The position numbers and the translations under genes were made by a program. Source: Octopus sinensis (lineage: Eukaryota). From it: a DNA stretch of 64,000 nt. Shown here piece by piece: positions 1 through 12,268 of this stretch (position 1 is its first letter; each line of letters begins with the position of its first letter). The DNA lies in assembly GCF_006345805.1 (NCBI RefSeq), contig NC_043002.1, positions 31,496,001-31,560,000 of the forward strand, given 5' to 3'. The notes below the pieces were generated by a model. That model was not told the origin of the DNA. It did not search any database and saw nothing but the letters and a program-made list of their open reading frames with translations.

Positions 1-166
1 CAGCTGAATATATACCACCTGCACTGTATGTTATGTGTATGCACAGAGAGAAAAAGAGAGAGAGAGAGAGAAAGAAAGACAGACAGAGACACAGATACAA
101 AGACAGAGAATAAGAGTGCGAGAAAGATAACAAGACTGGTGAATATGTATATATATATATGTATGA

Positions 167-208
<42 letters not shown>

Positions 209-1078
209 GTGTGTGTGTGTACGTGTACGTATGCAAGTATGTATATTACATACATGTTATGTAGTCACTGTGTTGTTTTCCCTACGATCATTTCGTAATA
301 ACACCAACGATAAACCATGGAATAATTATTAATTATAGCTTTAACATGTCTATAAACACCTTTCTTGGTACGAAAACTATGCACAGATCAACAGGTTATA
401 CAGACGTGTTGTCTTGGCAATGGTCGCTATGACAAACGTTCTCATAGAATGTAGCTAGAATAATATACATGCCAAACAGGAAGCGTTCACTGATCCCTTG
501 CGTTACTAGAAATAGTAACCAAATCTCTTGAATTCCTACACTACAGTCTCAATAAATTGGTGTGCGTAATGGGTCAAGTATTATTGAAAAATATAGATTT
601 CATCTATCCGATTTCGCTCATTGGGTATGTGTCAACCGGGAACTATAAAAAATGTCATTTGTTTGAGATTCCATACGGCTACATCGATCTCAAGATCTCA
701 TTGTCGCGAAGCAAACATCCACATCAGTCGCAGCCATATATACTTAACACTCATTCACACATACATATAGGCGAAGGTGCATATACAGGAGCAAACAGAC
801 GCTCAAGCACACTTACACACACAAACACAAACGTACACACACACTTACTCACGCTCATACTTACACACATACATATACACACATTTATAGAGTTCATTGT
901 GAAGCATGTTCATGTATTTCCTTATATTTTACCTTGTCAAATTCTTTGGCACAAATTTCCGCTATCATAACATGATACTCTCTTCATCATTCATTCTCTT
1001 ATATATGAGTGTGTATGCTCGCGCATGTGTATGTATTCACACACACACATATATATGTATGTCCTTGTGTGTGTGTGT

Positions 1079-1140
<62 letters not shown>

Positions 1141-1349
1141 AATCCTGCATATGTTTATGTATGTGGGGTAGTGCGTTTTTGAATGTGGATCGCATACGTG
1201 TGCATGCATGTATATACTGGTCCATTTAATCGTAAATGGCAGAGAACCGACAGGCGTTGAAGAAGCAGAAGACATACCATTCCCTACAACTACCACCACC
1301 ACTGCCGCCACCGCCACCGCCATCGCCGTCGCCGCCTCCTCCAACACCG

Positions 1350-1359
1350 CCACCAGCAT

Positions 1360-1429
<70 letters not shown>

Positions 1430-1430
1430 G
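1350..1430. repeat. (CTA)n trinucleotide microsatellite within a compound CCA/CCG/CTA tract
   Basis: Direct reading of the sequence. Confidence 0.95.
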
Positions 1431-1765
1431 CTGATGCTGCTGCTAATACTACTAGGAAATGTCGACCGGCATTGAATGTCAACATTCCATTTCCAGTAAA
1501 AATTATATGATGATTTATTTGGGTGTTGGAATCGTTGGCAGAGGCAGGTCATCTGTTGTAAAGTCTTTTTCGGGAGGTGATAAATCATACGATTGTACAA
1601 GGAAGGACTGCATAAAGCAGACGGCACTGTGATCAGCTAGAAATAGAAGAGGAGGCTGATGACGAAGAATAGCTACAACGATATCTGATTAACAAATGGT
1701 CATGAATGTTTCGGAATAATGATTGATTAAGTGTTATCAAATAAATAAAATAGGCAAAGAAGAAC

Positions 1766-1798
<33 letters not shown>

Positions 1799-2357
1799 GA
1801 AAGAGACAATGAGATATACGTAAAATGAAATAAAATAGCACGTATTCATTACAGCATTACGGTTCCTGACAATCTTTCGGCTGGTTGTGCCATCTAGATC
1901 CATTCAGGACGTGTATTGACTGGTCTCCGTCCCTCTCAGTCTCTCGCAAAATCTCTGACCTCTCATTGGTCGGCTGGATTTGTTGGCCGTGCATCTATCG
2001 CCAATTCGACAATTACACAATATGGCCGCACATAGAAACGTCAGACAGCGAGTGGCTGGCTGAAACCAGTCTCAACCATTTATTTCTCTCTGCCTCTCAC
2101 TCTCTATGAAACACCCCCTCTATTCTCCTCTTAATCATTCTAACAACCTTTCTATTTATGTCCTCTTTCTTTCCTTTCTAATATCACTTTCCTCCCATCT
2201 TTACAGTGCTCTCATATCCCTCCCCCTTTCTCATATATCTTGATTTCTGCATCAATTTGTCTATCTGTATGATTGTTCATCACGTTCCATCTTTATTTCA
2301 TTCATTCTCAATTCCCGAGAATCTTCTACACCTTCCTACTCCCTCTGACAATCTCTC

Positions 2358-2363
2358 TCTCTA

Positions 2364-2428
<65 letters not shown>

Positions 2429-2450
2429 CTATCTATCTATCTATCTATTT
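2358..2450. repeat. (TCTA)n tetranucleotide microsatellite
   Basis: Direct reading. Similar GATA/TCTA tracts at ~4905-5100, 5330-5400, 6078-6148 and 26640-26680. Confidence 0.95.
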
Positions 2451-2577
2451 GTCAATCTAGATTTCTATCTAAGATAGCTAGCTATGTATCTATATGTTTA
2501 TCTGACTTTCTCTCTATATACATACACATTGATACATGCATGGATGCATATATGCATACTGCATACATATATCTTTT

Positions 2578-2665
2578 ATCTTTTACTTCTTTCACACATT
2601 TGTATTTGGCCATGCTGGAGTACCACCTTGGAGGCTTTAGTCGAACAAATCGATAAAACAATCTA
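2578..2665 (-). mobile_element. SINE family S2, 3' fragment
   Basis: Reverse complement of the S2 tail (cctccaaggtggtactccagcatggcc...). Confidence 0.6.
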
Positions 2666-2788
2666 TTTTAATTCTAACGCCCCCCTCTCTCTCTCTCTGT
2701 CACTTTCTCTCTCTGTCACATCTCTCTCTCGCTCTCTCTGTCCCCCTCTCTCTCTCTCTTGCTCTCTCTGTCTGTCTTCTGTCTGTCT

Positions 2789-2864
<76 letters not shown>

Positions 2865-3034
2865 AGATGTTTATGTGTAGTTAAGTAAATTACTTCACCT
2901 CAACAATTTAGCATGTTCAATCCCACTTCCTGGAACACTTTGCAAGTGTCCCCTATTGTAGAACCGGACAGACCAATATATTATGAATGAATTTGGTTGT
3001 CGAAAACAATAAAGAAGCACATCGTCTATAGGTA

Positions 3035-3287
3035 TATGTTTCCTTCTCGAGCCATGTCAGGCTTATGAGGGCCGGTTTCCAGGTTGCAATGGCGTATATA
3101 TACCCCACCTGAACGGGACGCCGATTCGTCGCAGGATTACGCACTTTTGCCAGCTGAGTGGACTGGAACAACGTGAAATGAAATGTCTTGCTCAAAAACA
3201 CAACGCGTCGCCCACTCCAGGAAACGAAACCACGATCTTAGGATCATGAGTCCAGTACCCTTACCACTAAGCCACACGCCTCTACAT
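3035..3287 (-). mobile_element. tRNA-derived SINE, family S3
   Basis: Minus strand: tRNA-like head (gtggcttagtggt...ggtttcgtttcc), central tgtgtttttgagcaagacatttcatttcac, and 3' ctgcgacgaatcggcgtcccgttcaggtgggg...ggctcgagaaggaa block shared with 43560-43864. Confidence 0.8.
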
Positions 3288-3346
3288 ACATGTATATACT
3301 CAAGGCTATCTCTCAGCATGACTAGTATCCAATAAAGTAAAACGTA

Positions 3347-3735
3347 AATACTCTTTACTTGTTTCAGTCATTTGACTGTGGCCATGATGGAGCACCGCCT
3401 TAAGTCGAACAAATCGACTTATTCTTTGTAAGCTAGTACTTATTTTATCGGTCTTTTGCCGAAACGCTAAGTTACGGTAACGTAAACACACCAGCATCGG
3501 TTGTCAAGCGATGTTTTTTTGGGGGAGGGGGTGGGAGAAACACACACAAACATATATATACATATATACGACGGGCTTCTTTCAGTTTCCGTCTACCAAA
3601 TCCACTCACAAGGATTTAGTCGACCCGAGGCTATAGTAGAAGACACTTACCCAAGGTGCCACGCAGTGGGACTGAACCCGGAACCATGTAGTTTGTAAAT
3701 GAGCTACTTACCACACAGCCACACCTACGCCTATA
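3347..3735 (-). mobile_element. SINE family S2, near full length (tRNA head, CORE-like gcaccttgggcaagtg box, LINE-like 3' tail)
   Basis: Colinear with the copies at 52860-53275 and 53574-53985. Confidence 0.9.
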
Positions 3736-3954
3736 AATGAATATATATTTCATCTTTTATCCTGTATTTCTTTCGGTCACTGGAATGCGGTCGCTTTGGG
3801 GAGCCACCATGAATTGCTTAGACAAGCCAACAGACTTCGGTACTTATTTTCTAAAGTTTTGTACATTTTCCGTCAATTTCTTTTGCTAAACATCCAAGTT
3901 ACAAGAACGTGAACTACATAAGGCAACACTGATTAACATAATATATCTACATAT

Positions 3955-4300
3955 AGAGGGGCTGAGTGGTAAGAAACTTGCTTCCCAACTACATGGTTCC
4001 GAGTTCAGTCCTTCTGCGTGGCACCTTGGGCAAGTGCCTTCTACTTTAGCCTCGATAAGACCAAAGACGTGTGAGCGGATTAGGTAGACGAAAATTGAAA
4101 GAAGTCATATATGTGTGTGTGCGTGTGGTTGCGTGTGCGCGCGCGAGTGTGTTGAATACGTGTGTGTATGTTTGTTGGTTTGTCACTGTGTTTGTCCATT
4201 CCATATCTCTTGATAACCGGTGTCAGTGTGTTTACGTCCCCGTAATTAGAGATTCGGCAAAAGAGTTCAATAGTCTGAATAAGTACTGCGCTTTAAAAAG
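3955..4300 (+). mobile_element. SINE family S2, lacking the 3' end
   Basis: gtggtaagaaacttgcttcccaactacatggttccgagttcagtcc...gcaccttgggcaagtg. Confidence 0.85.
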
Positions 4301-4694
4301 AATCTAGCACTATGTCCCGGCGTTGCTAGTGCATGCATATACACCTGCGTATATGCAGTGCTAGTGCATACATATACAGCTGCGTGCGTGCGCACATACA
4401 CGCGAGTAGTGTCCAAATTCCCGACCAATCACATACAGCTAGCTGGCATTCAATTGGCGTTTCAAGTTTCAGGCATTTTGATTGGGCTTGGGATAGAAAA
4501 TTCACAAAAAAGTCACTTCTATTGATTTTTTTAATGGCTTTGCGGGGTAACTGGGGAAATGTAAAGATGTGCACGACCACCTTTGGACGGTTTTGAATGA
4601 CCATAGAAAGTGCGAGTCCTCTAATTGAAAAATTGTGGATTTGTATAAAAGACACGCACACAGACATTTTGTAGTTTATATATAGAGAGATAAT

Positions 4695-4790
4695 TTCTGG
4701 GGTCGGTTTGTTCGACTAAAACCCTTCAAGGCGGCGCTCCAGCATTGCCGCAATCAACTGACTGAAGCACGTAAAAGAACAAAAGAATAA
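4695..4790 (+). mobile_element. SINE family S2, 3' fragment
   Basis: gggtcggtttgttcgactaaa...ggcggcgctccagcattgccgcaatcaactgactgaa. Confidence 0.7.
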
Positions 4791-4825
4791 CAGAATATAT
4801 ATATGTAGTGAGTCAGGGAAGATCA

Positions 4826-4867
<42 letters not shown>

Positions 4868-5049
4868 ATATATATATATATATATGCAGAGAGTGAGAGA
4901 GCGTGAGATAGATAGATAGATAGAGATAGATAGATAGATAGATAGATAGATATATAGATAGATAGATAGATAGATAGATAGATCGACATATGTATAGATA
5001 GATGATAGATAAATAGGTAGACAAACAAACAGACAGACAGACAGACAGA

Positions 5050-5092
<43 letters not shown>

Positions 5093-5101
5093 TAGATAGA
5101 C

Positions 5102-5329
5102 AGGCGGCGAGCTGGCAGAATCGTTAGCATACCGGGCGAAATACTTAGTATTTTGTCTGCCGCTACGTTCTGAGTTCAAATTCCGCCGAGGTTGACATTG
5201 CCTTTCATCCTTTCGGGGTGGATTAAATAAGTACCAGTTACGCACTGGGGTCGATATAATCGACTTAATCCGTTTGTCTGTCCTTGTTTGTACGCTCTGT
5301 GTGTAGCTCTTTGTGGGCAGTAAAGAAAT

Positions 5330-5331
<2 letters not shown>
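5102..5331 (+). mobile_element. SINE family S1, full length
   Basis: ggcggcgagctggcagaatcgttagc...gagttcaaattccgccgagg (B-box-like)...ttgtgggcagtaaagaaata; many matching copies in the window. Confidence 0.9.
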
Positions 5332-5402
<71 letters not shown>

Positions 5403-5771
5403 TCTATATCTCACTCTACATGACATATTATTGTAAACGCCCAATTTTTGTGCTCGAACCCATAATTCAGTGCTATATATTTACTTTGCTCTCAGGTTAA
5501 CTCACCTAACTTAATGCTCCTTAACTTTCCACCATCATTCTTATTCACAACTAATCTTCGTCTAATTCTCAAAATTCTATCCTCTAGGCCAATCTATTGC
5601 TTTTTCTCTATTCTCATTTCTCCTTTGCCGCATTCTCCTTCTTTTGATTTATACTCCTTCTTAATTCTCTTTTCTGATTCTAAAAATCCCCCAAACACAC
5701 CAACATATTCTTTTTCCAGCATTTACTTTTCTTTCAATAATATAAATACACTTCCTTTGTTTTTTTCGTTC

Positions 5772-5912
5772 TTAGTTCAAATTCCGCCGAGGTCGACTTC
5801 GTCTTCCATCCTTTCGGTGTCGATAAATTAAGTATCATTTGTGTACTGGGATCGATCTAATCGTCTGGCCCCTCCCCTAAAATTTCGGGCCTTGTGCTTT
5901 GAGTAGAAAGGA
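5772..5912 (+). mobile_element. SINE family S1, partial
   Basis: gttcaaattccgccgaggtcgacttcg...gtcgataaattaagta. Confidence 0.75.
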
Positions 5913-6077
5913 GTGATATAAACTCTCTTTCTTAAAATTTCATTAAAGTCCATTATATTGCTTCTTGTTCTGTTTTAAGTCTTTCTTTCTGTCTTTCATT
6001 CTTTCTTCATTTTTTGTTTCTGTCTTTCTTTCTTTCTTTATTTTTTCTTTCTTTCTTTATTTCTTTTTTTACTCCTG

Positions 6078-6148
<71 letters not shown>

Positions 6149-6469
6149 GTTTTTTTCTCTCTACTCTCAGTTTCTTTTTACCGCCATTTCTTCCATCTTC
6201 CTTTCGTTATTTCCTAACCTTTTCCCTCTCTTTTACTTTCCATCTTTCCCTTCTCTCCCTCCCTTTCTCACTCCCCTCCTCTCTCTCACCCTTTGTCTGT
6301 CCAATATACGTCATTCACCACATTATCTAAATACATCTCACCTACCTCTTTTTCACACTCATTACTCTCTCTCTCTCTCTCTCGGCCTTCCTCACATTTA
6401 CATATAAATAATCCATAAATCTCCTTTGCTACTGACACATATTTTTCGCTGATCATTAGTAAGTTTCTA

Positions 6470-6626
6470 AAGGCAGCACGCTGGCAGAATCGTTAGTAAA
6501 CCGAATATATTTTTCGCAGAAATTCTTTACATTCTGTGTTCAAATTCTACTGAGAATCACTTTGAGTTTCACCAGTTGAGCAATGGGTTCCACCAAATTT
6601 CCAGCCTTGCACCTATAGCAAAAAGA
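6470..6626 (+). mobile_element. SINE family S1, degenerate
   Basis: aaggcagcacgctggcagaatcgttag...gttcaaattc. Confidence 0.6.
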
Positions 6627-6883
6627 CTCTTAGGTTCCTTCATATTTTTTTCTGTTTTTACCGCTACCTTCACTCTTAAAATTGCTTTGGTCAACGCTAC
6701 CATATAATTCACTCTTTCCTTACTCTATCTGTTTTAACTCTCTGTCACCTGTATAATCCCTCTCTCCATCTCCCATCAACCCAATCCGTTTGCCACACCC
6801 ACTTATGTACTTATTCATTTATTCATTCACTTATTCATCATCACAATAATTCACACCTCCACTCACATTTCATACTGCGTATC

Positions 6884-7101
6884 GGCGAGCTGGCAGAAAC
6901 GTTAGTGCGCCGGGCTAAATGCTTAGCGTTATTTCGTCTGTCGTTAGGTTCTGAGTTCAAATTCCGCCGAGGTCGACTTTGCCTTTCATCCTTTCGAGGT
7001 CGATAAATAAAGTACCAGTTTCGCACTGGGGTCGATGTAATCGACTTAATCCCCTTGTTTGTCCTCTCTACGTTTAGCCCCTTGTGGGTAGTAAAGAAAT
7101 G
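6884..7101 (+). mobile_element. SINE family S1, full length
   Basis: Near-identical to 5102-5331. Confidence 0.9.
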
Positions 7102-8210
7102 TATATATTTCCCGCTGTAACCTTCTTTGCAATACCTGATCCTAAATTCCTTTTGCCCTCTGTTCATTCTTTCCAGCTTCTGTACCTCCATCTCTCATCA
7201 TTCTACATATATTCCTTACACTCACAATAATCGTCTCTCAGTTCTCTCTCTATCCGTTGCCACGACCCCTCGCTTTCTCTCATTACCCCTTTCCTTTTTT
7301 ATATTAATTCACCCGTGTACGTCGTCTTCGATTCTCCCTACACTTTGTATATAGTTAGAGAGATGGTAACGAAAGAAGAAGGGAGTGACATTTTTCCAAA
7401 CAAATAATGTTTGACAGTGTTTCCAAGCAACAGACGCGAAACTCATTGAACAATATGGAGAAACAAGTAATAGAAAATCAAATGCAAAATAAATAGATAG
7501 TAATAAAATATAAATGAACTAGGTTAACAGAATCAGTACAGCATCGAAAATTTGTTTTGCGGCGTTTCTTCCGGTGCATATTGTTCTGAGTTCAAATTCT
7601 GCTGAGCCCAACATCACCTGGCATGTCTCATATTTATTAGACTCTTAATTACTAAGTAGTAATGAATTTATCTTTTGATTATCGTAATTCATCTCTTGGT
7701 GAATCAACTGAAACGTATATGTGAGTTTGTGTTAAAGATAAACATTTACGCACACACAAACACACACACATGTATATAGTTCCGTACACACATGCACACA
7801 TATACATTTTTTAAATTATTAGGGTGCATCAAATATTATATAGATATATATATATATATATATCAGACTGCTTCCTCTAATTTTACTAATCTAATATATT
7901 CATATATTATATATATATATAATATATAGCTATATATAAAAATTTTGCAATTAAGGACAAACTACGTTATAAGGAAAACTTAACAAGAAATTGTCAGGTA
8001 GATAGCGTAAAAACCTCATAAGAGAAAAAATTTCGAAAATATTATTCTTATTGAACATATAATTTATATATAGAGGGCATAATTATACATACATGCCAGG
8101 AGGCATTATTATAAATGCCAAACGCTAAGAGGGACAATCAGTCATTTCTACCAAAAATATTACTAATCCCACCGAATGCAATTTTTCAAAGTAAGACATT
8201 TAAAAAATAT

Positions 8211-8258
8211 AGGCCTGTATCACAGTGATTTCATACTTACGTAATCATCAGCAGGCCT
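8211..8258 (-). ncRNA. Minimal type-I hammerhead ribozyme motif
   Basis: RNA AGGCCUG-CUGAUGA-U(UAC GUAA GUA)U-GAAA-UCAC U GUGA-UA-CAGGCCU: 7-bp helix I, intact core, palindromic helix III, AUA cleavage triplet. Helix II closes with a U-U mismatch. Confidence 0.75.
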
Positions 8259-8287
8259 GAATGTATTATAAATAACAACGACCCTGC

Positions 8288-8319
8288 CTCGCTTAAGCCG
8301 AACAGCTAACTGATCAACA
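8288..8319. repeat. Left target-site duplication of the Tx1-like LINE
   Basis: ctcgcttaagccgaacagctaactgatcaaca matches 13548-13578 except for one indel. Confidence 0.85.
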
Positions 8320-8498
8320 CTTTCTTATTACAATTATAAAAATTAATACATAGAAAGGACGATACAGACATACATACATACAAGAAAATTTAAGAGAATC
8401 GATTAAAAAAAGTTTCGTTTGTATTCGTTAAGTAATAGTTTTTGCGTAACTAGTGTTACAAACACTTGTAGCTGACCTTTGTGATTATACTGGAGCTT

Positions 8499-11400
8499 TC
8501 ACACCCCGGCAATTGTTGAGGCCCTGCAGCTTCCACTTCTCTCTCCTCCATGGTCAAGCTGGGCCTTCTCGTACCCACCCTTCTTTCCACTTCCTTCATC
8601 TATTCGCATACACTCCCGCGGCAGGGTCCTCCTCCCAGTCCCATCTTGCTTCTCAGATGATATCTGAAGTAGGTGAGCAAGCCGGGCCCGGAGACAAATG
8701 ACCCTGTCGCGGTTCCTTCCATTCTCGTTCTCCACATGCATTCCTTTACCACTGCAACCGTGCAGTGAAAACATGCCTCACCTTCCTTCGAGAGTCAGTT
8801 GCGGTATCATCTTAATCATAGACTCAGCCGACAGCTGTACTCGTCCCAGATGCGATAACACGTGTTCTGCGTAACTTATCAAGTCGTTCAACTTCCGACA
8901 ATGAAAAAAAGCGTGCTGAACGGTTTCATCGTCCAGCCCGCATCTTTGACACGTCGGTGGCACTGGAACTCCGTGCCGTGATAACTTTTCGCGAACAGGT
9001 AAAGCATTCCTGTAGCACTGCCAAGCCAGGGATCTTTGGAAATTATCCAAATACCCCGACCTGAACGTTTTCTTAAACAGATTGGCAAGCTGGTTTTCAT
9101 CAAACCCAGAGCCCCTCCTAGGACGTCATCGTTTTTACCTTCTACCAGCCCTCTATAAATACCGAGGTGGTATTTCCGCAGCCGGCCTTGCCCGTCCTGT
9201 GGATCAGCGTGAGTGCCTGTCGGCACTCCTTTTGCCATGGAGTCAGATTGCATCTTCTGATGTAACCGGTTTTAAAATTAACTAAGGAGGCCGGTCTCGG
9301 AAAAAATCCCTCTGCCAACGGACTCCACACCTTATCACCTTCCAGGTGGTGCCAGAGATGTCTTAGTCTCAACGCATGTCTGCGCATCATTAACCAAGGC
9401 ATCCCTAACCCACCCTTTAACGGTTCTTGACAGCACACGGAGCGTCTCACAAGTGGCTTTCCTCCTTTCCACAAAAAGCGGAAGAGGGCTCGTTCCAACT
9501 TGTTAAGCCATGAGTCGGGGCAAGGGACGACGGTCAGGCGGTAGGTGATTACGGATGCAATAAACATCTGCGCCACCTCCGCCCTTCCTTTCAAGGACAG
9601 AGACCTTCCGGACCAGGTCCGTATTATGGCCTCCACCTTGCCCGTCACCTCGCTCCAGTTCTTCTCCGTTTGGGAGTCCGGTCCAAACCAGACTCCCAGC
9701 AACTTAACAGGGCCATCCGTCCAGTGTCCCACAACACTGGACAATATCGGCTTGTTCCTCCAGGTGCCGAGGCGCAAGCCGACCGATTTGTCCCTGTTAA
9801 CCTTTGCTCCTGCCACCGCCTCGTATCCTCTGATAGCCTCCTCTACACCAGGTAGTTGGGCCTCCTTGGACACGATGAGGGTGATGTCATCCGCATAGGC
9901 AGTGACCGACCTCCCACCTCCGATTCCATCTGAGTTACTCCCAGCCTCTCCAACCTTCGCAGTAGTGGCTCGAGAGCCAATACGTACAAAAGTGGTGACA
10001 AGGGGCACCCCTGACGTACTGAACATTCGATCGAAAACGGTTCTGTTAGGTAACCGTTTATCTGGACGGTGGACTTGATGCCGCTGTACATAGCGGAGAT
10101 CCACCCGCGGAATTCGGGACCCAGTCCGGTCGCTTCGAGGACCGCCGCCAGGTACCCATGGTCTACCCTATCGAAGGCTTTACTTTGGTCCAAGTGGACC
10201 ATTACCCCACCTTTGCCGGTTACTTTACCCACCCTATCTAAGGTGTAGCGTATAAGGTGAAGGTTGTCCTGGATCGACCTGCCTGGAATTGCACATGTCT
10301 GTGCTCTCCCTACAAGTTTCTCCACGACAACCGTCAACCTTTTTGCTAACACCTTGGCCAAAATCTTCAACTCTACATTAAGTAGAGTTATGGGCCTGTA
10401 GTTACTAATCATATCCCTTTGCTGGGTCTTTCTGGATTAGCGTCACCACTCCCCGGCTTACAGAACTGGGAATTCTCCCGTTCTGCTGCCAGTTCGTGTA
10501 GACGCCTGCCAGTATTCCCCCGAACAAATCCGGCATATTTTGGTAAAACTCGTAGGGCAGACCATCCAGCCCCGGCGATTTCTCCCGGCGCACTCGGCCA
10601 GCACTTCCCTTATTTCCGCGGGAGTGATCGCTCCTTCACAGCACTCCGCCTCACGCCCCGCGAGCCGCGGCCCGCCGGCCAGGAAGTCCCTTAAGGCACT
10701 CCCCCGGTCCAGCGGGCCACCACCCCCGAACGCGCGCGCGAAATGCTGGTGAAGAAACTTTTGCATCTCCTCCTGTCCATAGATCTTTTGTCCCTGTTCG
10801 CCAGTCAAAGATTTTATTGAGGCTCTGTTGCCTCTCTTACTCTCCACACGACGGGCCATCCGGCTACGTTAACACCTTCTCGTTTCCCGGCGCGCAGCTT
10901 AGCTCTGACTCTGCAACCTTCGTGTTTGGAGTCAAGGTGTCGGTACAATACCGTCCTTGCCGCCAGTACTCCGGATGCAGAGCCAGCTTCCATTGCCTCG
11001 TCTAGATTCTTAACTAAATCGCCCTCTAGACTAGCTCTATCTGTCCTTATCTGATTGCTAAATCTAACGGACTCTAATCGAATCTTTTGAGGGCGTGCCA
11101 CCATCTATTGTTAATGACGGTGCCGCACAATGCCCTCTGAACTAACTCCTTAATCCGGGTACGGAAGTCTTCACAATTCAAAATAGCCTTGTTCAGCTTC
11201 CAGTACCCGGGTCCCTGTCTATGACACTTGTCTAATTGCACCTCACACGTCACAAACTTGTGATCCGAGTAAGGTACAATATGAAATTGTGGACAACTAA
11301 ACGTATCCTTATCTCTTTTTTTATAATTATCCTATCTAGGTACGATCTGTGTGAGCCGTCGTAGTTACTCCACGTCCACTGTGGAACGCTCGGCTCATCC

Positions 11401-11926
11401 AGTCGGTAACGGTCCACTAGATCAAAGCTCTCCAGTAGACCCTTGAGGCTAGGATTCCCTTCCTATTAGTTGAGCCAACACTGTCGATGTGCGCTTCAAG
11501 GACAGTGTTAAAGTCCCCTACTAGTATTACTGTTTTCGACGTCGCCAGAAAGGGCTCCAGGCTTCGAAAGAAACCCGTCTGTCTACCCTCGTTCGGGGCG
11601 TAGACAGCTACCAACCTGAAGGACTGTTTACTTGCGTGAGTCACATCCAGGACAACCAGCCTGCCTTCTGGGTCCAGAAAGACAGTACTTACCTGCAGGT
11701 CCAAGCTCTTCCTGATGAAGACTGCCACGCCTCTTCCTCCTCCTCGGCTAGGAGAAATAAATTTCTCGAAACCATTTAGAAGAGGTGAGAACGCTTGGGT
11801 CTCGCTCATCTTGGACTCGGTTACGATAGCAACATCTATACCTTGTGTCGTGAGGTCGTTCAGGAAACAAATTTGTTTCCATTTCGACCCCATTCCACGT
11901 ATGTTTAGGCAGCCCAGCTTGGCCAT
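8499..11926 (-). CDS. ORF2: APE endonuclease, reverse transcriptase and zinc finger (split by several frameshifts)
   Basis: MAKLGCLNIRGM, VILVGDFN, KSPGLDGLPYEFY, NYRPITLLN, LDQSKAFDRVDH, VRQGCPLSPLLY, AYADDIT, CQRCGLDDETVQHAFFHC. Confidence 0.9.
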
Positions 11927-12268
11927 TGTGAGCGAGGGAGAGAAATAACTATACTCACGTTGTGAAAGGGAGCACGGCGGTCTAATTTTGCCTGCTTCCC
12001 TTTCTTCCGCTACTGCAGGGCCTTTGACCGGCGTTGCCACTGGGCTCTGGGTTGGTGTGGTTGCCGGGGTTATTGTTAGTTTTCCTTCTACACCTCTTTG
12101 GTGACATCTCTTATTAGGCGGTTCTTCAGGTGTTCCTGAAGAACCTCCTCCTTCCATTCGTTCTCGCCTACCTTGGCGAAGCGCGCAATTGCTTTTCCAT
12201 CTGAGGTTCTGCTATACAGCATGAACCTCGACAGTTTGCAGCATTTGTAAACTTTTTCGTTTTTTTCA

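Larger units (their letters stand above)
7845..8319 (-). mobile_element. Non-coding hammerhead-bearing repeat (Penelope-like pLTR or retrozyme-like), left part
   Basis: 7938-8131 is directly repeated at 13674-13872; 8064-8290 is repeated inverted at 13869-14088; 7862-7910 is repeated inverted three times at 14145-14346; contains a hammerhead fold; ends in (TA)n. Confidence 0.65.

Noticed and set aside
1656-1662. Isolated CTGATGA words (also near 32160, 39577, 42890, 48533, 63068)
   Set aside because: No helix II, GAAA, helix III arrangement follows them.
1600-1684. Serpin-like VVAILR...FLADH resemblance
   Set aside because: The downstream PFLF...ILFxG motif is absent; probably coincidence.
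1860-2075. GC-richer unique patch with CCAAT-like words as a promoter or exon
   Set aside because: No convincing frame or splice pair, and short motifs alone are uninformative.
4315-4340. Helitron 3' end remnant (cccggcgttgctag)
   Set aside because: Too short, the hairpin is incomplete and there is no matching 5' TC end.
8288-8319. Tx1 target as a U2 or U6 snRNA fragment
   Set aside because: Only a few bases resemble them (tgctcgctt); it is not colinear with either snRNA.
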